Source: Macrostomum lignano (lineage: Eukaryota). Taken from it: a DNA stretch of 40,173 nucleotides. The notes beneath the pieces are model-generated. The model saw nothing but the letters and a program-made list of their open reading frames with translations, was not told the DNA's origin and searched no databases. The position numbers and the translations under genes are program-made. The DNA lies in contig NIVC01004633.1 of assembly GCA_002269645.1 (NCBI GenBank), forward strand, positions 1 to 40,173, in the 5' to 3' direction. Shown in pieces: positions 10,708 through 19,900 of this stretch; position 1 is the first letter of the stretch; each line of letters begins with the position of its first letter.

Positions 10708-13047
10708 ACGCCTGTCGCGCAGGATGAGGCGCACAGCATCCAGCGCAGTGTCGCAGACAGCGGTGGGCGGCGCCTCGCAGTCTGCCCGGGCCTCGTCGCC
10801 GGCGCGGTACTTGCCGGTGCGCACCAGAATGGCGCGCAGGCCGGAGCGCACGGCGCCCGCAGCGTCGTCCTCTGCATCGTCGCCGATCATCACAGCGCAG
10901 GCGGGCGCGGCAGCGTCAGCGCCGAGAACTGACTGCGGAGGCGGGGTGGCCGCGATGTTGAGGTGACGTTGGAGATCTCTGCCGCTCAAGAGAGTCACCC
11001 AAATCTACCCGTGTATCCCCTCTGCCCTTTCGATTCCACCCTCCAGTGTCTCTCTCTACCCTCCAGTGTCTCTCTACCCTCCAGTGTCTCTAACCCTCCA
11101 GTGTCTCTCTCTACCCTCCAGTGTCTCTCTACCCTCCAGTGTCTCTCTACCCTCCAGTGTCTCTACCCTCCAGTGTCTCTCTACCCTCCAGTGTCTCTAA
11201 CCCTCCAGTGTCTCTCTACCCTCCAGTGTCTCTAACCCTCCAGTGTCTCTCTCTACCCTCCAGTGTCTCTCTACCCTCCTGTCTCTCTCTACCCTCCAGT
11301 GTCTCTCTACCCTCCAGTGTCTCTCTACCCTCCTGTCTCTCTCTACCCTCCTGTCTCTCTCTACCCTCCAGTGTCTCTCTACCCTCCTGTCTCTCTCTAC
11401 CCTCCTGTCTCTCTCTACCCTCCAGTGTCTCTCTACCCTCCTGTCTCTCTCTACCCTCCTGTCTCTCTCTACCCTCCTGTCTCTCTCTACCCTCCTGTCT
11501 CTCTCTACCCTCCTGTCTCTCTCTACCCTCCAGTGTCTCTCTACCCTCCAGTGTCTCTCTACCCTCCTGTCTCTCTCTACCCTCCTGTCTCTCTCTACCC
11601 TCCAGTGTCTCTCTACCCTCCTGTCTCTCTCTACCCTCCTGTCTCTCTCTACCCTCCTGTCTCTCTCTACCCTCCTGTCTCTCTCTACCCTCCAGTGTCT
11701 CTCTACCCTCCTGTCTCTCTCTACCCTCCAGTGTCTCTCTACCCTCCTGTCTCTCTCTACCCTCCTGTCTCTCTCTACCCTCCAGTGTCTATCTACCATC
11801 CTGTCTCTCTCTACCCTTCAGTGTCGCATTCTACAATCAGTGTCTCTCTACCCTCCAGTGTCTTCTACTCACCCACGCTCACCTCAAAGAACGCAGGTGT
11901 AGGCTTGCCGAAGGCCTGTGCCGAGCGGCCGCAGGCGAACTCCAGCGCGGTGACGAACGGCCCGGGGCCCAGCCGCAGCAGGCCGTCCCCGCTGCGCAGG
12001 TAGCGGCCCCGGTGCGCGGCCAGCAGAGGCGCCTCCGGTCTGTCCAGCAGCAGCCGCATGGCCCGGCTGAGATCCTGGTAGTTGAGCTTATCGGGAGCCA
12101 GGCCCACAACCACCGAGTCGAAGTCCGCACCGCCGGGCTCGACTTGGAAATCGGCGGCCGCGGATTCTGACAGCAGCAGGAGAGGCCGGCGGAGGCCCAG
12201 TCGGTTCGCGGCGTCGGCTGTGACTGACAGGCTGGTGTGCAGCCGGCCGGGCTCCGGCTCGATACCCAGGCTGGCCAGGCGGGAAAGCAGGTCCGACCTG
12301 GGGGAGCGCCACAGCACTACTGTGTGAGTAGTCTGTTGGGGGCTTCTTCATGGCTAACAGAAAAAGTAGCTTAGCAGATTAGGGAGTGAGGGTGCAGTAG
12401 GGAGTGAGGGTGCAGTAGGGAGTGGGGGTGCAGTAGGGAGTGAGGGTGCAGTAGTAGTGAGGGTGCGGTAGGAGTGAGGGTGCGGTAGGAGTGAGGGTGC
12501 GGTAGGGAGTGAGGGTGCAGTAGGAGTGAGGGTGCAGTAGGAGTGAGGGTGCAGTAGGAGTGAGGGTGCAGTAGGAGTGAGGGTGCAGTAGGAGTGAGGG
12601 TGCAGTAGTAGTGAGGGTGCGGTAGGAGTGAGGGTGCGGTAGGAGTGAGGGTGCGGTAGGGAGTGAGGGTGCAGTAGGAGTGAGGGTGCAGTAGGGAGTG
12701 GGGGTGCAGTAGGGAGTGAGGGTGCAGTAGGGAGTGGGGTGCGGTAGGGAATGAGGGTTCAATAGCTAAGCTGTGAAACTGTGATGCAAATTGCATCAGC
12801 CGCAGTTGAGAGAAGAGCTGCAGGTGAGGTGTGAATTGGGTCAATTAGCTGTATGATCTGAGAAAATCACCACAAAATGATCCAACCACACTGACCTTCC
12901 TTCCTTGCTAGTGTTGGACACAAAGTCCACAGCAAGACCAGCTGCTTTAGCCTCAGCCAGAGCCTCAAGAGCTCCTGGTAGCAGCTGGTTTTCAATGTGC
13001 AAGGTGCCACTAAGGTCAAATAGAATGCGTCGTACCCCAGCAAACAT
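10705..13047 (-). CDS. HDHD2: Haloacid dehalogenase-like hydrolase domain-containing protein 2 (HAD class IIA), 264 aa; exons 13047-12896, 12297-11883, 10932-10705
   Basis: Motif [11 protein letters not shown], motif [10 protein letters not shown], cap VVVGLAPD and [11 protein letters not shown], motif [12 protein letters not shown], motif IV VMIGDD, and ILVRTGKYR. All match HDHD2; the DLSGTLH signature and GPGPFV distinguish it from LHPP. Splices AG|GTCAGT..CCCCAG|G (phase 2) and GAG|GTGAGC..CCGCAG|TCA (phase 0) give 795 nt in frame. Confidence 0.95.
11036..11852. repeat. 18-bp minisatellite (CTCTCTACCCTCCAGTGT / CTCTCTCTACCCTCCTGT) in HDHD2 intron 2
   Basis: ~45 units of two alternating variants. 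The unit length is a multiple of 3, which explains the long fake ORFs (YPPVSL, VERDRR). Confidence 0.95.
12379..12755. repeat. 17-18-bp G-rich minisatellite (GGAGTGAGGGTGCAGTA) in HDHD2 intron 1
   Basis: ~22 tandem units. Confidence 0.93.
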
Positions 13048-15597
13048 CTTGATATGTTTAGCAGAAAAAGTTAAATATATTTAAAAGTATACAACTTTGA
13101 AGAAATCAAAATGAAAGCCCATAAGTTTTTTAGACCTACAATGATATGAAGATAATAACAAGATATCCCAACTTGAGGATGCAACTTTGCCTTTATAAGC
13201 TTTATTTAATCTTAAGCAAGAGGCAGTGTTGGGTCAAAGTAAATTCCAATTAGGTAACTTTTGGTTCCAAGGAAAGTAACCTCTTGTACTTGTTCCAGTA
13301 TCAATACTTTTTAAAAAAATAACTTCTGGTCCTTTCTAATTTAAAGAACTGCCAATGAAAATGCACCCAAAAACTTCCTTATGGAAAAAAACAAAAACAT
13401 AAGTTTGTCTAGAGTTAAATATTAGTCTTTTAGTTATTCCTAAAAAATTCTATTATTCCACAAGGATGATATAATATTATTGCATCCAGAATTTGAGTGA
13501 ATTAACAAGAACTTAGAAAACAAGTATAAGCAATATATAGGTCACTACACTTGTGACTCCTAAAAAATTTGGAGCCCAAATTTCAAATGTTGATTCAGAC
13601 TCTTGAGAAGTATATATAGAGATAATTTTTGGCTAATAGGCATGTCACAATAAATAGAATATATTCAGATTTAGTTACATAGACTTCAGCAAAATTTTTG
13701 TTTATGCAGGTTACTCTTCTTTACTAGTACTATGCTGTAGTCTTACAGCAGCATATGCTAAAGTAGTATTGTATACTGCTAAGTTATTTAGAATCAAAGA
13801 TAATCTTTTGACAGCCTTGGAAATATCATCTAACAATATAGAAAAAGGATACCATGACAACTTACAATTGCAATTAGACAGATGGACAAATGAATTTATG
13901 TATAAGACATTAAACCAAGTCTTATACATAAGACATAATACTTTTATGATTAGTGCACTTTTGTGCTGCAATAGAAAAATATAATTAGCCTCAAACAAGT
14001 TAATACTTATAAAACACTCTCAGAATGCATATACTCATCTTGCACCAATATTGAGATGAAGAAATTAGCCACCAAAAGATTTCTATAAATCACAAGTGTA
14101 GTGTCCTAATGTATTACTAATGGTCCTTATTAGAAAACTTGCAAGAAATTGTTTAATGTTTAATTCTTTCAAATATGTCTTGTTTCTACATTAATTGGGC
14201 TGAACTGAAAAATTATAAGCAAAAGAAACAACTAAGGCATAAAAAGAGAATTCTTGTTAATCATTATAGAAAATTTAATTATATGCTATTTTTAGGCTGC
14301 AAAGTTAAGTTTACAGTACATCAAGGGTTTCTATGTTTTTTGTGCCTGCCATCTTAGTGCCCTAGTTTGTTGATTTAAGTAGTTACTAAAAATTCTTTTA
14401 TTCATGATTCTATGGGATAGTAGGGCTACCGGCTACCATTGTTGGGTTTTGCATTGGAACTTTTTCCCTGGTTTGGCCTTTTCTGTCCACCTTGAGGTGC
14501 CTTAGTGACAAGGATTTTGTCATCTCCTATTTAGGGTTTGGTCCCATTGTTAGCTTTCTTTTTGCCCTTTTGTGGTTTTGGGTTTTTACCTTTTCTGGCC
14601 CCTATATATTGCCCCCCTATTTTGGTCTTTTGTTTTTCTTTGTGCTGCATGCTTTCTGCAGCTATTATTTTTGTATTTGCTGAACCACCTGTGGCCCTAT
14701 AGCATGTCCCAATTTCTGCCCCATGGCAATGATTATTACTTATGCATAATCATATTTAATCTTGTACAAAAATTTATAACCCTGTCCTTCCTTCTGACTT
14801 ACTTGTTTCTAATTTACTTTTTTTGACTCTTTGATGCTTGGATTGTTTATTTTAACTTCAGTTTAATAGTGAGTTTATAATCTTTATTTATCAAACTTAA
14901 ACTACCAACTAACTAGCTAACTTATTACTGCATCTCTACTGGGAAACTTTGTAGTGGCTTATCTAAACCTAATATAATAAATACCAAAGAAACCAATATT
15001 ATTTAAGCATAGTTACTATTTGATCTATAGGCCCCTACACCTAGTCTATCTTGAGTACTTTGTCTATGGGACAAAATAACCAATTAATGTCAATTCTAAA
15101 AAAGCTCTGAGAAATTAACATTTTGTATATAAATTACAATGGTGACAGCACTACTCTTAGACTTAGTAAGCATCAATAACAAATTTTGACATACATTAAG
15201 TTTATAGTGTCTAAGGGCCCTACATTAAAAATATAATGAGAATTAAATAATTGTTTAAACTATTAACAACAATATGCCTCATATATAGTACTAAGACTAA
15301 GACCTAGGCCTAAATTAAAAGAATGTTTAAAATGTTAGAATAATATTATCATTATCATGATTCATAAATACTTATAAAGGATATTTTCAACAATAGTTAT
15401 CCTAGGCCATCCTATGCCCTGAGCCTGAGGCAGTGAGGCAGAGTTTATTGTTTCAAAGCATTCTGACAAAAGCCAAAGGTAATCATTATTGGGTCAATCA
15501 AAATGAAGGCATAATCCTAGTTTCCCACATTAAATTATTTTGAGTTAAAAATCAACTGAATAAGTTAAAACAAGTTAGTCCATAGCAGTGAATAGTC
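13033..15597. other. AT-rich, essentially CpG-free block of decayed sequence upstream of HDHD2
   Basis: Manual scan finds one CG dinucleotide (14430-14431) in 2565 bp. Confidence 0.85.
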
Positions 15598-15620
15598 CGC
15601 TGAGCTCACTAAATGGTATA

Positions 15621-15783
15621 ATAATGAGCAACCTAGAACAAGTTGCCGAATGACTTCTCTAAGTAAAGGCGGCGCCAGAAGTACTTGTTCAGGTGCAAAT
15701 CAAAATAGGCCGTCGCTAGTGCCATTCATCTTCTGGAACTTTGCCTTGACATGCACCAAAGTCCCTTCAATGGTATTCATATG
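15621..15783 (-). pseudogene. Degenerate Merlin (IS1016/ISXO2-like, DDE_Tnp_IS1595) transposase C-terminal fragment
   Basis: Translates as HMNTIEGTLVHVKAKFQKMNGTSDGLF, then a frameshift, then FDLHLNKYFWRRLYLEKSFGNLF*VAHY. This matches the HTNTIEGxW.hK..f..m.G.S..lf..yL.ef.WRR motif of ISXO2/Merlin transposases. It has one frameshift and one stop. Confidence 0.7.
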
Positions 15784-16989
15784 CAAAGTTCCTAGTTTGT
15801 AGTTTCTAGTTTCATAATTCTAAAGTAGAATTATGAAATAATATAACGAAGTAAACTAGAACTATGTCAAAAAGGGAAAAGCCTAGTATCTCAAAATATT
15901 CTCCCAAGGCCAAAGCTGCCTTGAAATAAAATCTTCACTTGTTGTTAACAATAGTCTTGACCATTTAAGAGCCTGAGCGTGGTTACGATACGATACGATC
16001 GTTCCTTCTTACAGATCAAAATTAATTTATTTAACTAGTAGTGGCGGGGTCAAGTAGTTGTGTACAGTACGGTTTAAGTTTAACATTTAAATAGTTTTTT
16101 TAAACTGACTCTATTAGAAATAACGTAGCTTATTTAAACAACTTTTTCAACTTTCAAACAAGTTTAAACAAATTTATTCAATAGTACTTAGACGTAATAG
16201 TCAATTAAATAAAAACTTATTCCAAATTACAGACAAATCTATGTTTCATAGCCGTCGTTTAGATTTTGAAATAACAAAGTTTTTAGATAGAATTATTTGT
16301 TATTCAATATTGATTTTTATATGTAGTAGATAACTTGTGTGTGGCTCAGAAATGTGGCGGATAGTGCATGAATATATGCATGTACGTACCTGTAAGCGCA
16401 TAATCTAAGAGAAATAACTCATTATAAGATGCAAGCAATATGACGCAGCTTGTATTAACAGTCTTTCTAGCTCTTAGCATTGTAATCTGCTGTGCAAATA
16501 TAACAATGCAATAATTTACATGCATTTGTAGAGTTAATTGTGCTATTACAACGATAGTACGGTCTACATGGCTGCTAACCTGTGCAGCTCCCAACCAAAA
16601 CAGGCATTCATACTATACTGAGCTCAACACATAACTCACCCAGCTGCCCTGCTGGCCGTTTCATAATATTTAAGTGAAGCTTATAATGCTACATCTCAGC
16701 AATGCAGATATATGCAGCTATAATGCAGATATATCAAATACATAACTTACTGTAATACATTTATGCTGTAGCTTGCTGTGTTGCTACTTCCTTATTTATT
16801 GGTCCTCTGTTTTATTTAAAGTACATTGCGTTTGCTTGACTAAACCTTAAGCGGAGAAGCAATTGCTAATGTATAACTAATGTATGACACAGCGGCCTAA
16901 ACGTGAGCATGTAAGCTGAGGCAATACACATGTACAAGCCAAAGGCCGAATACCATAGCTACGCAAACCATTCGAGCATCGTCCCTCCC

Positions 16990-19900
16990 TCAATCCTTTT
17001 TCTTCTTCACCCACGTTCTGACGCGGCGCCACCGACTGCTATTGTGCTGCTCCTTGTTGCGCTTTGACTTCGCTTGAGTCTTGGATTCGCTCTCCTCACT
17101 TTTCTTCTTGTCTTTTTCGAAGTTGTCTGAAAGTTCAGACATTTCCAAGTCTTCTAGTGACTCATCGTCATCATCATCATCTTCGTCGGAGTCCGTCTTG
17201 TCGGAATCCTCTTCGTCATTTATGTCGCCCAGAGTTGGGTCGTCATCGAAGAAACTTGTCCAAACTTCTGGCTGGTTGGGACCCTCGGGCTCCCTGCCAA
17301 GCAAGCTCAGGAAACTGCGAACGATGGACACCAAGGACCACAATAACACCATGAAGGCGTTCCACACGATGCACATTGTCATGCCGAAGTACACCTCCTC
17401 GACTGGTGGCGGGTCAAACTCCGGTCGTACAACCTCCACGAAGTGGCGATAGGCGGGCTTATCCTCAACCGAGTGAGAACCTGGTTAATGGAATGGGGTC
17501 ATAACTATACAGACGCGTGGTAATTGAGTCTACATGATGATGGTGATGATGATGATGATGATGGTCAACCAAAATGAAAAAGTCGAAACGCACAGCCTTT
17601 ACACAGTATTTACCTCACTGAATGCTTGTACAGTATGACTGAGAAGCTATAGCTGCATGTCCTAAAAGAACCATTGCATTTCTTCTAGCAGTTTTCCCGA
17701 GCTCACCCAAGAGAGTCCGGTAGCAGACGTACTCGCCGGCATCGTTAAGCTGGATATTTTTAACGGTGAGGGCGCATTCGTCTGTAAGAGAGGGGCCGCG
17801 CTCTACACTGGCACTGAAGAAGCGCATGCTTTTGCCATTCAGAGTCCACAGAATATTGTCCTCCTTGTCAACCAGGTTGCAAGCCGGTCGCTCGAATGTC
17901 ACCAGGTCCACGGGGCACTTCATGTATAGCGTTTTGCCGCTGAAAGGAATCGGTGAAGTGCGTGAATAACAACTGAATATACGCGGTAATCTCCTATGGT
18001 TTATGTACTGTGCATGCGAATGCTGAGATGCAGAAGTCAAGAACAAGGCAAAGTTTAATAAATAAAGTAAATAACAACACTAAGTCAAGTACTCAGGCTT
18101 GAAAAATTGGGAGACTATTAATTGGCCATCATGTGATGCTGTCCATGACGCTGATGGGTTCGGACTCGAAATTTGACACGCATTTAAGAGGTAGTACAGC
18201 TCATAGCAATACAGTTGAATTGAATGCAGAGCCGTATGGGTGACTTGGCCAGCTGCACTTTTCCTTACTCCTTGGCTATGGACTTCCTCAGTTGAAAGAC
18301 TAAACCTCTGGATTAAAAAATGCTGAAAAAGCTTGCTTGAAGCTGAAACACCACTTGGAGACACGCAAGCAATAAGCCTTTCAGTTAGCCATGCGCAGCC
18401 AGAGCTTGGTGCATCTGTTCAGAGGAAAAACGCACGAGAGTAACGTAGTAGTAGCTGCGCACAGCTAGCTATAGTCTACCGATGCACTTAAAAACTTTAG
18501 CTCAACCTGAAAATCGCACTTGAAAAAACAATATTTAGAAGGGCTGTGGACACACCCAGGCAACGCCTTCGCAGACACAAGCACTCATACACACGCTCAC
18601 ACAGGGTGTAAAGCAGTCCTGACTTTCTAATCGTCAGGCCATGCACACTCTCTGTGTGCTGAGGTTTGGCCCTCGCAGGGTGCGAACTGCAAATGAATTT
18701 GGTCGCGCACGACAGTCGGACACCTGAACTGCTCCGCCCTCATATTTAGCTCGTACAGAAAACTTCTAGTCTATTTGGAACTCAGAGTGGACCAGCGGTA
18801 CCCGAGGCGCACCTGGTCACAACGCTGCGCTGCGGCACCACCGGTCTGCGCCGGATCATGTTGACTAGCCGCTTGAGCTGCGCCACCAGCACCTGACCCA
18901 TCATGCGCAGCAGCTCCAGCGGGTCGGCGAGACCGCACAGTCGGACGCCCTGCTCCCGTTCGCCCGTGTTCTGGATCTTCGTTACCTCTAGGCTGGCTCT
19001 GCCCTCGGCACCCACAGTCTTGTTGGGCAGGTGGTGCAGCAGGGTGTAGTGGCAGGGGATGCGCAGCTTGTACAGCACCACCGTGCCCATCCTGTCCGTG
19101 CCCTTCTCTGTCCAGCGCAGTCCTGCTGAGTAGAGCGGACGGCGGCCTGTGGTCTCCCGCGCCTCGTCCTGCGAGATAAATCATAAATAATAAGTATAAA
19201 GCCAACATTTTATGTTGAGATTTTTCGTCAATTGGCCCAGTCAGTTGAAGAAATTGACCCTCTTGACTCAGCTGCAGGGGGCTCCGGGCATCCGGATACA
19301 GCGGGAAGGCGTTGACGCCCATTCCGAAAGTTGACCCTCACTCTTTTAAGTTGGAGAGTAAACTAAAAAGCCAAATCCAACAAATTCAAATCGAAATTCT
19401 CTTGCTATTAGCAATCGACTTGATCTTGCAAATTGTCCGAGACAGATACGATATGAAATGAGACCGGATCCGCGCACTGGCTTACAAGTAGCTGCACCTT
19501 GAGCCGCATCGCCAGAACGTGAAGCAGGTACAGCATTGCCAGGCCATCGCCTTTCCTGTACTCAAAGTGCCTGGTATTGGCCAGGTAATCCCACTGCAGT
19601 TTGTAACTGTCCTTGAACAGCCTGAGCCGTTTCTCCATTTTGCTGAGGTCCAAGTCAATAACACAGCGCATGAAGCGCATTCGAGTTATCTTGGTGCCTT
19701 GGGGAATGAGCGGGTTGCACGGGATGCTGAGATTAGCTTGGTGCCTTGGGGAATGAGCGGGTTGCACGGATGCTGAGATTAGCTTGGGCCTTGGGGAATG
19801 AGCGGGTTGCACGAGATGCTGAGATTAGCTTGGTGCCTTGGGGAATGAGCGGGTTGCACGAGATGCTGAGATTAGCTTGAATGAATGAGCGGGTCGCTGA

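Noticed and set aside
10963-12170. Long ORFs 11121..12170, 11197..11799, 11243..11902 and 11263..12003
   Set aside because: They are translations of an 18-bp stop-free intronic repeat plus antisense of HDHD2 exon 2.
13711-14826. Short AT-rich ORFs 13711..13998, 13769..13984, 14175..14357, 14492..14683 and 14572..14826 as genes
   Set aside because: They have no motifs and biased F/L/I/K composition typical of chance ORFs in AT-rich decayed DNA.
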